The position numbers and the translations under genes were made by a program. The notes under the pieces are model-generated. The model saw nothing but the letters and a program-made list of their open reading frames with translations. It made no database searches and had not been told where the DNA came from. DNA of 64,000 nucleotides from Camelus ferus (Eukaryota). Below are positions 28,101-40,788 of the stretch, piece after piece. Each line of letters opens with the position of its first letter. Positions within the stretch are counted from its first letter, which is position 1. The DNA lies in NCBI RefSeq assembly GCF_009834535.1, contig NC_045696.1, positions 20,152,001-20,216,000 of the forward strand. The letters run 5' to 3'.

Positions 28101-29010
28101 TACACTCGAGTTGTTTTGCAGATACTAAACCCCCATCAGGTGGACGAACTGCTGACCCCCAGCATGTAGATCCCAAACCAGTTGGGACCAGATGGTTAAT
28201 GATGTTGAGACTAGAAATACCACTGGTTTACCTCACCATCAATCAATCAGAAGAATATACACGAGCTGATCATGCACCCCTCAAATCTATTCCTCACCTT
28301 ACTTTTAAAAACCCTTCCCTGAAAGCCATCAGGGAGTTGAGTCTTTTGAGCATGAGCTGCCTGTTCTCCTCTCTTGGCCTCACTTTGGGCACCTTGCAAT
28401 TAAAGCTGTTCCGTCTCTCTCCACAACTTGGTGTCAGTAGATTAACTTTGCTGTGTGTTGAGTGAGCAGACCCAAGTTTGGTTAGGTAAAAATTTCCATG
28501 CAACTAAGTAAGTATAAAGCTGGCATCTATTAAGGTTAGATTCATAATGTAAGCCCTAGTGCAACCATTAAGAAAATAACTCAAAATATACCTTAAAATC
28601 AGTAAGTTAAAATTTTATACCATACTATATTCACTTAACGCAAAAGAAATCAGAAAAGGATAAATAGAATTAGAAGACCATCAATATATAGAAAACCAAA
28701 ACAGCTAAATAAAAGATGTAAATCAAACCATATTAGTAACAAAATGCGAATGGAGTAACAAATCCAAAAGGCAAATATTGTCAGGCTGGATAAAATAACA
28801 AGATTTAATTATAGATTCAGTTACAGACTTTCCTTAGGAGACATTTGAGATGCAAACATGCAAACAGGTTAAGAGTTAAAAGATGCAAAGGAAATACCAC
28901 ATAAACAATGTAAAAGGAACCGGAGAGACTACACTAATATCAGACAGCATAGTTTTTAAAGTAAAAATGTTACTAAAGGGATATTTTATACAGATAAAAG
29001 ATTAATTTAC
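25190..29010 (+). mobile_element. Old L1 5' portion (5'UTR, decayed ORF1 ~26500-27420, inter-ORF, start of ORF2 endonuclease ~28700-29010), split by an LTR
   Basis: A-rich ORF1-like motifs ('gaaatatgggacaccattaa', 'gaaaatcttgaaagaagcaaaagaaaa') and ORF2-like motifs ('atattgtcaggctggataaaa', 'ctaatatcagacagcatag'); all frames are disrupted; the 5' boundary is uncertain. Confidence 0.75.
27846..28491 (+). mobile_element. ERV1-type solo LTR nested in the L1
   Basis: Begins TGAAACTGAGCAGGACCCTG and ends ...GAGCAGACCCAAGTTTGGTTAGGTAAAA; ATTAAA signal; 4-bp TSD ATTT at 27842-27845 and 28492-28495. Confidence 0.88.
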
Positions 29011-29104
29011 AACTTTATCTACTTGTTTGTTAAGCAGAAAACCTAGGGGATCCATTTGTCTTCTCTTTTTCACTCATTGAAGTAGCCCCCTCAAACACTA
29101 AGAA

Positions 29105-29381
29105 CAGTCCTGCCTTGGTAAGGTATCCAAGGGGGACTGGATCCAGGAGCCCTGAATGTACCAAATCCCGCTGATGCTCAAGTCCCACAGTTGGCCCTCT
29201 GTTTCCCAGGTATCATGTTCTTGATTCAACCAACAGCAGATGAACATTTTGATCTGCATTTCATGAAAACTGCTGATGGGAAACCTGAGAATACAGATGG
29301 CCAACTCTATATTTACTGGAAAAAAAAATCAAGCATAATTGGACCTGAAAGTTCAAATTCATGCTGTTCAAGGGTCAACTG
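29105..29381. mobile_element. TcMar-Tigger non-autonomous element (MER2/MER8/Tigger2-like)
   Basis: Left end 'cagtcc...ggtatccaagggggactggatccagga...gatgctcaagtccc'; right end 'gttcaaattcatgctgttcaagggtcaactg'. Confidence 0.75.
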
Positions 29382-29489
29382 AACTGATGGCTATAATCCC
29401 AAATACCCTCATGAACTTCTTCACTTTTCCCTACCCTACTTATACTGTCTTCCATGATATATACTTTCTGAATCTTGACTACCTCAAGA

Positions 29490-30800
29490 GGCAACTAATA
29501 ATTTTTTGTGGTTTTAAATTGCATTTCCCAGATAGCTAATGCTGAATGCTTTGCCCCAGCTCCCCCAAAATTCACATTTCAAAATACTCAGTATGATGGT
29601 ATTCGAAGATGGGGTCTTTGGAAGATGAGTAGCCATATAAACGACACCCCAGAGATACCTCTTGCCCGCCTACCATGTGATAAGACAGCCCCTTAGAAAG
29701 CAGGTTCTCACCACCTGCAAAAGCTGTCAGTGCCATGTCTAGGGCTTCCTAGCCTCCAGAACAGTGAGGAACAATTTCTGCTGTTTATAAATTACCCAGT
29801 CTACAGCATTTTTGTTATTTTATTAGAGCAGCCAGAACAAACTAAAACAGGTAATTAATTCAATTTTGTCTATTTTTTTTGGTGAAGTGTCTGATCAAGA
29901 CTTTAGTTCCCCCTACTCCTTTTTTTGGTCTTTGTAGGATTTTCTTTCTTTCTTTTTGATCTTACTGATTTGTTATACTCTAGATTAAACTCCACTGTTA
30001 CATACAAATGTAGCATATTTGTTTTGTGAATGTTTCTCTCCCTTTAGGGATTGACTTCAAAAAATGTTTCTTTTTCTTTACAGTGTTGTTTCAAAAAAGA
30101 AGTTTTTGATTTAGATAAAATCCAGCTGATTATTTAAAAAGATTGTTTTTGTCTTTTTTAAAAGAAATATTTGCTTGTCTCTGGTCAAAGAGATCTATTC
30201 TCTTATTTTTTTTCAAGACATTTCAGAGTTCTAGATTTCACATTTAGACACTTCTTCCACTCATATTAATCTTGTGTATGATATGAGATGGATTTCAAAT
30301 TTTATCTTTCCCATTAGGGATTTTCAGATGCTCCAGTACAATTTATTAAAAATACTACTCTTTACTATTTTGAATTGCTTTGATAGCTCTATAAAAAAAA
30401 AAAGTCTGTATGTTTAGATTTATTTCCTGGCTATTTTTCCCATTGGTAGAATTATCTTTCCTAGCATCCTTTCTTAATTAGCACACCTTTATAATAAGTC
30501 ATGAACTCTGATACTAGATGTCTTCCAAGTATTTCCATTCTTTTTTTTTAAAAATTACATTGGCTAAATTTATTCCTTCACATGCCTTATAATTAAAAAA
30601 TTCTTTGTTAATTTCTAAAATAAAACTATAAAAACTGCTGCAATTTTTTGCTCATTTAATTGAAACTACAGAATAAAGCAGATAAATGACATTTTAATAA
30701 TATAGAATCTTCCAATGTAGACTATCTCTTAAGTTACAAGTCTTCTTTAAAAATATTTTATACTCTTTAGTGTAGAAGTCTTATTAAATATATAATAGTT
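29490..30800 (-). mobile_element. Old L1 ORF2 fragment, interrupted by an MLT1
   Basis: 'gtggttttaaattgcatttcccagatagctaat' resumes after the MLT1 as 'ttttggtgaagtgtctgatcaagac'. Confidence 0.65.
29536..29849 (+). mobile_element. MaLR LTR (MLT1A-like)
   Basis: 'cccccaaaattcacat...ctagcctccagaacagtgaggaacaatttctgctgtttataaattacccagtct...gcagccagaacaaactaaaaca'. Confidence 0.8.
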
Positions 30801-30809
30801 TCATCTTTT

Positions 30810-31700
30810 TTAGACTCCATATAGTTGAAATCATACAGTCTGCAGCCTTTTTGGATTGGTTTCTTTCACTTAGTAGTATATATTTAAGGTTATTCTATGT
30901 CTTTTCATGGGCTGCTAGCTCATTTCTTTTTTTCACTGAATAGTATTCCATTGCCTGAATGGACCACAGTTTATTTTCATTCACCCTCTAAGGAATCTTG
31001 GTTTCTTTCAAGTTTTAGCAATTACGCATTGAACTACTATAAACATCCAGGTTCAGGTTTCTGTGTGGATATAAATTTTCAACTCTTTTGAGTAATACCA
31101 AAAGGCACGATTGCTGATTGCATGTTAAGAGTATGTTTAGCTTTGCAAGAAGTCACCAAAACGTCTTCCAAAGTACCATTTTGCCTCCCTACCAGCAATA
31201 AACGAGAGTTCCTGCTGCTCCACATTCTCACCAGTATCTGGGGTTGTCAGCGTTCTGAGTATTGGCTGTTTTACCAGGTGTATCTCACTGTTTTTATTTG
31301 CATTTCCCTGATGACATATGATGTGGAGCATCTTTTCACATGCCTATTTAGCATCTGTATATCTTCTTTGGTGAAATGTCAGTTAAGGTCTTTGGCCTAT
31401 TTTTTCAATTGGGGTGTTTGTTTCTTTACTGTTTAGTCTTAAGAGTTCATTGTAAATTTTGAGTAACAGGGCTTTATCATATGTCCCTTTTGCAAATATT
31501 TTCTCCCAGTCTGCAGATTTTCTTCTTGTTCTTTTGACATATCTTTCATCAAGACTGTACTCAATGTTACCTACGTCTTCTTCAGTGTTGACTTCTAGGA
31601 ATACACTTTATAGAATTACATTTTACATTTAGGTCTGTGATTCATATTGAGTTAATTTTTTGTGAAAGGTGTAAGTTCTGTGTCTAGATGCATTATTTTC
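30810..31700 (-). mobile_element. L1 (L1MC/L1MB-like) ORF2 end and 3'UTR
   Basis: 'gaaatcatacagt...ttctttcacttagta', 'tttgcatttccctgatgacatatgatgtggagcatcttttcacatg'. ORF 31137-31331(-) resembles an out-of-frame L1 ORF2 C-terminus. Confidence 0.85.
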
Positions 31701-32759
31701 CAGTTATCCTTGCAATTAGATGTGGACACAACAATGTGTTCTCCTCAAAGGAATTTAAACAGACATTATATTGCATATTTCTAAGTTAAGACTTTTTTTG
31801 CAGAACTATTACTCCTACATGCTCTCTTTCTCCTTTTATGGAAAATGAACATATAAGAAATAGCAAGACTGAAAGATGGAAGAATGCAACTTTTTATCTT
31901 ATAAGGTGGATTAAAGGTAATTGGCATCACTCTAAAAATCGTCTCAAGTAGTCAATCTTTTATTTATTGAAAGTACTTGTTGCCATTGTTTCCACATTTG
32001 TAACCTAAAACAGTTTTTTTAGATGCACAACATTCATGTGGGAGGAAAAACAATCCTGAAATATTTTAGTAGCCTTTTCTTAATGGACATTTCTCTCTTA
32101 TTCAAATTTATCATAATTTATAGTTGGACATAGTTGAAAAAGAATCTTTTCCTTAATATTAAGGAAAAATATTTTATTTAAAAAACAACTCTCATTTGTT
32201 CCTAGGAAAATGATCACTAGATTTTTCCAGAGACTTCAAAAAAGTTATAAAAGCAATAGACATACTTAAAATAGTAATCAAATTCTAACATACAATTTTA
32301 CTATTTAATAGAATGCCTGTCTGTTTTAATACAGAGCAGTGAAACATAATAGCTATTATAATGTTTATCTAACAGAAAAGAGTTTAGAACATGAAGCATG
32401 AAATTGACAAAGAGGGTCCATCATAAATGCAGCTATACGTAAAATCTGCAATAGAACCATCTTCCTGTTACAAATGTGTATTAAGTAATTTTTATATAAT
32501 CCCACATCTCTCCTCAATTTTCTAGAGTTCATGATTTCAATATAACAATGTATTGAAACATCTGGTTTGGGCAATATTTCCCTTTAAGTTAAACATAGTG
32601 GTGAATAATTGTAATATCATTACCTAACTCTTTGCTATTTGTAGTGAGTCTTTTTAAACATAAGCCTGTGTGAGCGAAGTCTGAATTAGCATGCACTAAT
32701 TGGCATGTTTATCTCTATTGACTTCATTCTATTCAAACTCTGCTAATTTCATATAATCA

Positions 32760-32915
32760 TAGCTTATCATAGCCTGAGGGGACCTCAGAGATCAATTTGT
32801 GATTCCTAGCCCCTCCATTGCAGATCAGCATACCAAGTCTCAGAGACGTTAAATGATTTCCCAGGTCTCACAGCTTTTTAGCAACAGAAGCAGTTCTGAA
32901 ACCAGGTTGTATTTA
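32760..32915 (-). mobile_element. MIR SINE
   Basis: 'ctcagagacgttaaatgatttcccaggtctcacagct...cagaagcagttctgaaaccagg'. Confidence 0.6.
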
Positions 32916-33024
32916 ATTTTAAGTGCTAATTATTTATTTTTTCATTTATTTTTTTCTTAATTAAATAGCACATGTTAAATCATGTGTTTAAGCTTTTAAT
33001 AGAGGCACTGAAGTAACCATTCTT

Positions 33025-33969
33025 TTAAATTTTATTTTATTCATTCTTTTTATTATAGTTGATTACAATACTGTGTTAGTTTCAGGTATACAGCATAATG
33101 ATACAGCATTTTTATAGATTATGTTCCATTATATGTTATTTCAAGATATTGAGTATAATTCCCAATAAGTAAATCCTTATTGCTTACCTATTTTATGTAT
33201 GTTAGTTTGTATGTGTTAATCCCATATCCCTAATTTGTCCCTCCCCCTTCTCTCCCCTCTTTGGTAACCATAGGTGTGTTTTCTGTGTCTGTGAGTCTGT
33301 TTGTTTTGTATATACATTCATTTGTATTATTTTTTAGATTCTATATATAAGTGGTATTGTAGTATTTGTCTTTCTCTGTCTGACTTATTTCAGTAAGTAT
33401 AATACTCTCTAGATCTATCCACATCAATGCAAATGGCAGAATTTCATTTTTATGGCTAAGTAATATTCCTTTATATTGGACTGGATATATTTAATTGGAT
33501 TAAAAAGATGCATGATTCTTAATCCAACCATCTGTTGTTTGGAAACTTGGGTTGCTTTCATGTCTTGGCTATTGTAAACAGTGCTGCTATGAACACTGAG
33601 GTGCATGTATCTTTTCTAATTAGTGTCTTTATTTTTCCCAGATGTAGACCCAGGAGTGTTAACTATAGTTATCAGGTCATCGTGTTGTACATTATATCCC
33701 CAGTATTTATTTAATTGGGGGTTCAGATATCTCTTCAACATAGTGTTTTCATTTCCTTTGATATATTCCCAGAGGTGGAATTGCTGGATCATATGGTAGT
33801 TCTATTTTTAGTTTTTTGATGAACCACCATACTGTTTTCCATAGTAGTTGCACCAATTTACATTCCCACCAACAGTGTATGTGGGTTCCCTTTTCTCCAC
33901 ATCCTTGAAAGCATTTACTATTGCTTGCCTTTTTATGATAGCCATTCTAACAAGCATGAGGTGATATCT
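33025..33969 (-). mobile_element. Composite L1: a full 3' end (33025-33655) joined to an internally deleted L1 piece (33652-33969)
   Basis: Canonical L1 3'UTR and ORF2-end motifs; the ORF2-end segment occurs twice; the second piece is an inverted homolog of 44091-44445. Confidence 0.85.
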
Positions 33970-34685
33970 ATTTTTTCATAAATTTTTTTCTAGAAAATGA
34001 TTATGGTTGTCAATATGATCTCTCTGCCATATCAATCATAGTATCAAGAATTGGTGGTCATTTTATGGTTATTTCCAACTCCACATAACATAGAATTTGT
34101 TTTTTTGATACAGAAAGGTCTCTCCAACTCACCTTAGAAAGATTCCTCAGGGATCAGAAACTCCTGATTATTTATCATATGGTCCTTTCATTGATATAAG
34201 ACAGTTGATCATGCTTATGGCCATGCTCTGATCTAGTACATTCATACTGAACTGTAATTCATTCACAGTGGTCAATTCTAGATGTACTCTCGATTTAGTT
34301 CAATTACAATTCCATCATATACCACCACCCAGGAGTCCCAATTTTGATGGTATTTATTTTTAACAGAATGGAGATGGTACTCATGATATTGTCTACTTGC
34401 ATAATACCTTTTTCTTAAAATTTGCTCTTCTGCTTTCTAGCTATAATTGTTCTCAAAGGAATGGATTTATTTATCATTTTTTTCAATGGTGTATTAAATG
34501 CTTTTGATGAGTTATTTTCAGAATCACAATAAATCAACTTGTAAATTCCAGCTGACAAGTTTGATGGTTTGCTTATCTTTCTTATCACAAAATACATTTA
34601 GTAACATCTCACTTTAAACCTTCTTTCAAACTCATTTACAACTAACATTGCATCTGATATTAATTGTTTTATTAACAGGACTATG

Positions 34686-35119
34686 GTAAAGGAGTTTGAA
34701 AACACAGCAGAAGCAGGAAGGCCATGCTGACCTTCTCTCCCAACCTTTCTCCCTTTAAAAAGAGTCATAAAACCCTCAGGTAAGAGATACCCTCCCTACA
34801 CCTGAATGGAAAGAGCATCCTTACCTCTCAAGACAAAGCAATATGAGAAGAATCCTAACAAATAGGCCCTGCTAAGTTTCCCCAGTTTATCTCACTCTCC
34901 ATGACCTATAATATTTCCCCATGACTGCTCACTCTTCATTAGACTCAGGTTTCACTGTTTCTTGGGGGTCTTCATTAGCTTATGAAGGCTCCTGTGTCAT
35001 ATAAAACTTATATTTAAAACATTTTATACTCTTTTCCTTTTAATATATACTTTACAGTTCGGTTTTCAGACCCAGCCAGGGACCATAAGAAAGCCAAGGA
35101 AAACATTTTCTTCTCTACA
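34686..35119 (+). mobile_element. ERV1 LTR (MER34-like)
   Basis: 'agcagaagcaggaaggcca..ctgacctt...taccctccctacacc...agagcatcctta...gaaggctcctgtgtcatataaaactta...ttttcagacccagccagggacc...tttcttctctaca'. Confidence 0.75.
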
Positions 35120-35759
35120 TCTCCAAATTTCTTTCCACCAACAGGGCCAGGCTAGTCCATCTTTGAGCACATATTTTACTTTAGTGACTGGGAAAACTTT
35201 AATATCAAAAACTAGTTCTGATTTCAGTTTTGAATAAAATATAGTTTAATAAACAAAACCAAATCTCACTTACCTATAAAATTGATAAAGCAATGTTTTT
35301 CTGGAAAATAGGAGTTAATCACATCTTTTGGGAGGATATAAAAACTTAAAATATACAAACATTTGGGGTAGTAAAAGCTGTGTTAAAAATAAGAGTTCAT
35401 ATTTTTTAGTATAGAGACAAAAAATGTGTTACTGTCAAGAAGTGAACAATAAGATTCTATACTCCAGAAAAATTAGTAGATAAATGTTACTTTATAGTTG
35501 AGAAAAGCCCTGAAGGGAATGAGTGAAGACAGAAACTCAAGGAAATATTTTCTAATTCTAAGAATACTTTCTATTCCTCCACTCAAATATAACTTATGTT
35601 CAAGAATTTTCCAGATCTGCTGTTAGTCTTATGAAAGTGCAGATTCATAGCTCTATAAGGCTCAGAAATGTGGTTTTGGGAATTACATTTCCATACTTTT
35701 CTTACTGGAATGCACTTCTCTTGCAGGATGAAATATTGGTCTCTTTCTAATATGCTCTC

Positions 35760-35990
35760 AAATGACAGCTACTACTTATTGAGGTATTACTGTGTGCTAG
35801 ACACGGTGCTAATTACTTTGCCTGTATTATCTCAAGCTTCATAATAATCCTATCAGTTTCATATTATTATCTCTATTTCATAGATGATGTAACTGGGGTT
35901 TACACATTTTGACTAATTTGCACATGATTCTGAGACAAATACATGAAGGAGCTATAACTTAAACCGTATTAGTTTGAATCAAAAGGTCCC
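35760..35990 (-). mobile_element. MIR SINE
   Basis: 'acttattgaggtattactgtgtgctagacacggtgctaa...tattatctctatttcatagatgatgtaactgggg'. Confidence 0.7.
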
Positions 35991-36376
35991 AAATATTTGT
36001 TAAAAATTGAGAATATAATTAGAGACAGAGTAGCTTTAAGTACAGATACAGCTGATCTATTTTATTATTATGTATGTTTCTCAAGGAATGTTTTCAGCTT
36101 TATTCTATAATATTAAATATTAATATTTAAACTAAAGCACTTTAAGTCAAGTTCTGTTCATAGATTAAAATACCAAACAGACTTATTAGGAAAAATATAT
36201 CCTCTGTTCCTGTATTTGTATTTATTTTTTTTACTTCTTTGAGATCAAATGCTAAAATAATTATTTCACTTTGGATTCACTGACAGATTTACACATCAGT
36301 TGCATGTAAACCAACTGTCAGGACAATTGTCAACATTTTGTTACTCCTGCTTTTAAAACTATTAGTGTATATTAAA

Positions 36377-36570
36377 ATATACATTTAAGTGAAAAGAGTT
36401 TAAAGCCACAAACTTTATAAATCTGAATTAGATTATGCTTATAGTTAAAGTGCTTACAATCATGCCTAACACACAGCAAATGTTACACACATGTTGACAA
36501 TTACATGCACATACACAAGTATATGTGTGTTTGTGTGTATTAATAGTACTGTAACATTTTTCAAGTTAAA
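36377..36570 (+). repeat. Copy A of an old direct duplication (copy B at 38953-39110)
   Basis: 40/43 identity between 36416-36458 and 38988-39030, plus colinear flanks. Confidence 0.8.
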
Positions 36571-38490
36571 ACACTGACCATTCTTAAAAGCACTGTGTGT
36601 ATGTCTCTGAGAGAGAGAGCGAGAGCATGCATTTTAGTTTATACTGCAGCTGAAATAAAATAAGGGTAAGAATGTTTGGCAAATAAGTAGTTGATGTACG
36701 TACTTTGAAGCTCTTTTGTGAGATGATGCATTCATCATTGTACGTTCAGCTCTCAGCACATATAGATGTGTGATAAATACTTGTTGGAGGAAATGAATAA
36801 TAAGTAAGTGAAAAAAGGAACTGAGCTTTTATTTTTTCTATGGTTTTTAGCATTAAGCCCTTATATAAAAGTGTTGACCTTAGGGACCAAATCTTGAGAC
36901 ACTTTTATAGTGGAGGACACTGGGAATCTGGATGGTTCTGTCTCAAGACTCAGGGCAAAGAGTTCAAGTCATGGTTGTGGAATAAAGAAAAAAGTAGGTC
37001 ACATACATTGTGTCTGGAAAAGAAGAGGATATGTGAACACAAAGCTAATTCTGTATTTTTTAATTCACAGAAACCTTGATTTCTTCCACCAGGCTTATGT
37101 TTCTCCTAGTATTCATCATGCAGTAGGAATAAATAAATAGCATGCTTATACTGAAAAAAAAAGAGTATATGTTACTTTTCTCATGAGACTAGCTGCTGCA
37201 GATAATAAATTCTAATAATGATTGCTTTCTTTTTGATAAATTTGGTTTATAAAGTTTAGACTTGAAAGTTACATAAGTTTTATTCTTGGTGGGTCATGGT
37301 ATTAGATTTTAAATCAATCATTACTAGAAAGAAAAATAACTGGTAAAGCTATAAAATTAGCATATGGTTGTCTGTGACATTATTATATTCCCAGGTATCA
37401 GTTAACCATCTCTTGGATGTAATTTAAATGAAAATACACTAACAATGACTAAAATTATTCCCACTGAGGAACAATGGTTGGCTCTGTACATTGCTGGGCA
37501 TTTATTTCAGTCAACGTGTTAACCACTAGGGATAAATGTATTTTCAAACAGTGGATGCACACTGCTGCCAACACTATTCCAATGATTTATTCCAGAATTC
37601 AAGCCTTTACAGAGCATCATGCTTCACTTCCAAGGGAGGATAATTGTTCCTGTGTCCTTTGGTTCTGTCTCTCACTTAACACTAGTCAATGAAACGACAA
37701 TGGTGTTAAGAGGGGACTCAACCTCCTTGTTTCTTAGTCAATGTAGTAATTGCCCAGATAAATCCATTCCACTCAGAAGCAATTTCTACACATGTGATAG
37801 GTTCACTGGCCTCTTCAGAGACAGAATCAATAAGAATCTGAAAATATTTTCACAAGTGCAAAATCATATGGTTATAATGGCCTATAATTCAGAAGACTTT
37901 TTTTCTTGTTTGTTCACACACACACACACACTCCAAACATACATGTAAAGAATAAACTTTAGTTTTATATTTTATTTGATATACATAAAAACAGTGAATT
38001 AGACTAAGGCCATACTTTGAAAGGCCATAAAGAATTTCATTTTTAGTTAGTTGGCTGGTATATATTCAATGGTCTAATAGTTGCTTGTTTAACTCTTTTT
38101 CTTTTTCTGTTTTATTCTTTTCCTTTATCTTCTTATCTCTCACTCCTCAGTTTCCCAGACATATAAAAAAGAAAAGAAAAGTGTGTAAATGGCTACAGAA
38201 ATTTTGTTAATTCTTTCCTGGGTTAATATTATGATATTTTTTATATTAAATATATTAAAAATTTAGAAAGATATATTCAATCTCAAATGTAACTAACACT
38301 TCTCTGCTAAAGAAAATGCTTTAGTTTTAAAATTTTCTCTATTTCTCGGAAAATGTAGACTTATAGAAAATAAGATCAGTTCATATTACAAATGGCTACC
38401 CACTTAAACATACAAATTTTATACAAATATATTTTAAAAATAAATTGATATTTCTTATAAAAACGTTTTAGTTTTGAAAATGTTATTAAA

Positions 38491-38685
38491 CACAAAATGT
38501 AGAATAGATAAACAAGATTATACTGTATAGCACAGGGAAATATATACAAGATCTTATGGGAGCTCACAGAGAAAAAAATGTGACAATGAATATATATATG
38601 TTCATGTATAATTGAAAAATTGTGCTCTACACTGCAATTTGACACAATGTAAAATTATTATAAATCAATAAAAAATGTAAAAAAA
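38491..38685 (+). mobile_element. Short L1 3' end (camelid-type)
   Basis: 'aatagataaacaagattatactgtatagcacagggaaatatatacaagatctt...' then an A tail; GTTATTAAA is repeated at both ends (38482-38490, 38686-38694). Confidence 0.85.
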
Positions 38686-38952
38686 GTTATTAAATATTTC
38701 TCATAATCTCTTTTCCACTAAAAATAAAATATATATTATATATATATTCCTATACTTATTCCTACACAATATTATGTATCTGTATATGTATGTGTGTGTA
38801 TGTGTGTGTATATATATACATATTCCTACACTCTGGCTTTCAAATTTACACAAATTGTTCCTTTACATCCTTTTATTTTTTCTGGATGATTTTATTTATT
38901 AGAAACTTAGCCAAAAATGATTGTTATATAAATTGAAATAAGCTTAACTTTG

Positions 38953-39110
38953 ATATACATAAAGTGAAAATTCAAAGCCATGAAATGTATAAATCTTAAT
39001 TAAATTATGCTTCTAGTTAAAGTGCTTACAGCAATTACATACATGTTAACAATTATATGCATAAATATAATTGTGGTTGATAATAGCATTATAACATTTA
39101 CAGTTACACA
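38953..39110 (+). repeat. Copy B of an old direct duplication (copy A at 36377-36570)
   Basis: Colinear with copy A, with an ~20-bp internal deletion relative to it. Confidence 0.8.
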
Positions 39111-39579
39111 GGCCTTATTACATGCCAGATACTGTTATATTCATTTTATATATTGAGTTATTTAGTCTTTATAAGAACCTCCTGAGTTGACAAAGATGGA
39201 AAGTGAAGTACAGGAATGTTAAATAAATTGACCAAGGCAACACACCAGGTAGATAATGAGCTAGGATAGAATTCTAGGCACAAATACCATTGTAGAAGGA
39301 GGAAAAAAGTAAAGTTTTAAGTGTGGAAATATTTGTATGATTTATTTGATGTTTTCTTTATATTTTAAAAAACATTTTATATATGTTCTTCAAGAAGACT
39401 AAATTATTTGAAAGCTATGCTCAGAATCATAGACTTAAATATTGGAAGGGATATTATTCTAAACATGGGAATTTATTTTTACAGTTTTATTGAAATTTAA
39501 TTCAGACACAATTTAATTTACTCATTTAAATTCTATAGTTTAATGTATTCTAGTATATTCACATCACTATAATCTAATT

Positions 39580-40065
39580 TGAGCTTCTTGAATATGTAGA
39601 TTTAATATTTTCCATCAAATTTAGAAAGTTTCCCACCACAATTTCCAAGCATTTTTCTGCTCCTTCCTCTTCTCTTTCAGGGTCTCCCATTATGCACATG
39701 TTGGTACAGTTGATGTTCTACAATTCTGTGTGGCTTTATTCATTTTTCTTCATTTTTCTTCATTTCTTTCTTTTTACTCCTCAGCCTGGATAATCTCAGA
39801 TGACCTATATTCATGTTTTCTGATTCTGGTTCAAATTGTTGTTGAGCCCTTAAGTCATTAGTGAGTTGTTTTTTTTTTTTAAATCAGTTATTATACTTTT
39901 CCACTCCCAAATCTTTATTTAGGTCTTTGTCATAATTTCCATCTCTTTATTGACATTTTCTATTTGATCAGATACCACTCTCACATTTTTCCTTTGATTA
40001 GATACCACTCTCCCACTTTTCTTTATACACAGTTTTCTTCTTTGAAGACATTTATAATGCCAGTG
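39580..40065 (-). mobile_element. Old L1 ORF1-region fragment
   Basis: 'gagcttcttgaatatgtagattt...catcaaatttagaaagttt...ttctctttcagggtctcccattatgcacatgttgg' is the reverse of L1 ORF1 motifs. Confidence 0.7.
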
Positions 40066-40074
40066 TTTTATTTC

Positions 40075-40788
40075 TTCCAGATGTATTGAGATATAGTTGA
40101 CATACAGAATTGTATAAGTTTAAGGTGTACATTGTAAAGATCTGACTTACATAAATCATGAAATTATTATCACAGTAAGTTTAGCGAACATCCATCATCT
40201 CATACAGACACAAAATAAAATAAGTAGAAAAGTATTTTTGCTTATAATAAAAACTCTTAGGATTTACTCTCAACAATTTTCATATATAACATATAGCATT
40301 GTTAATTACATTTAACATATTGTATACTACATCATGAGTACTTTCTTATAACAGGAAATTTGTAACTTTTGAGTACCTTCATCCAACTCCACCTCCTCCC
40401 ATCCCTGCATCTGGTAACCACAAATCTGATCTATATTTCTATAATTTTGTTTGTCTGTTTTTGAGGCATAATTGACCTACAACACTATATTAGTTCCTGA
40501 TACATAACATAGTGATTTGATATGTCTATACTTTTAAAACTGATCACCATGATAAGTTTAGTAATCAGCTGTGACCATACAAAGATATAGTCCCCACACT
40601 GGACATTTCATACTCATGACTTATTTATTTTGTATCTGGAATTTTGTACCTTTTAATCTTCTTCATCTATTTCTCTCATCCCTCGCCCCCCTCTCTTCTG
40701 GCAACCACATATTTGTTTTCCTTATCTATGACTCTGTTTCTGCTTTGTTGTGTTTCTTCATTTGTTTTGTTTTTTAGATTCCACATAT
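40075..40788 (-). mobile_element. L1 3' end (L1_Art/L1MA9-like, concatenated 3' modules)
   Basis: 'tattgagatatagttgacataca...aactcttaggatttactctc...ataattgacctacaacactat...tttttagattccacata'. Confidence 0.8.
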
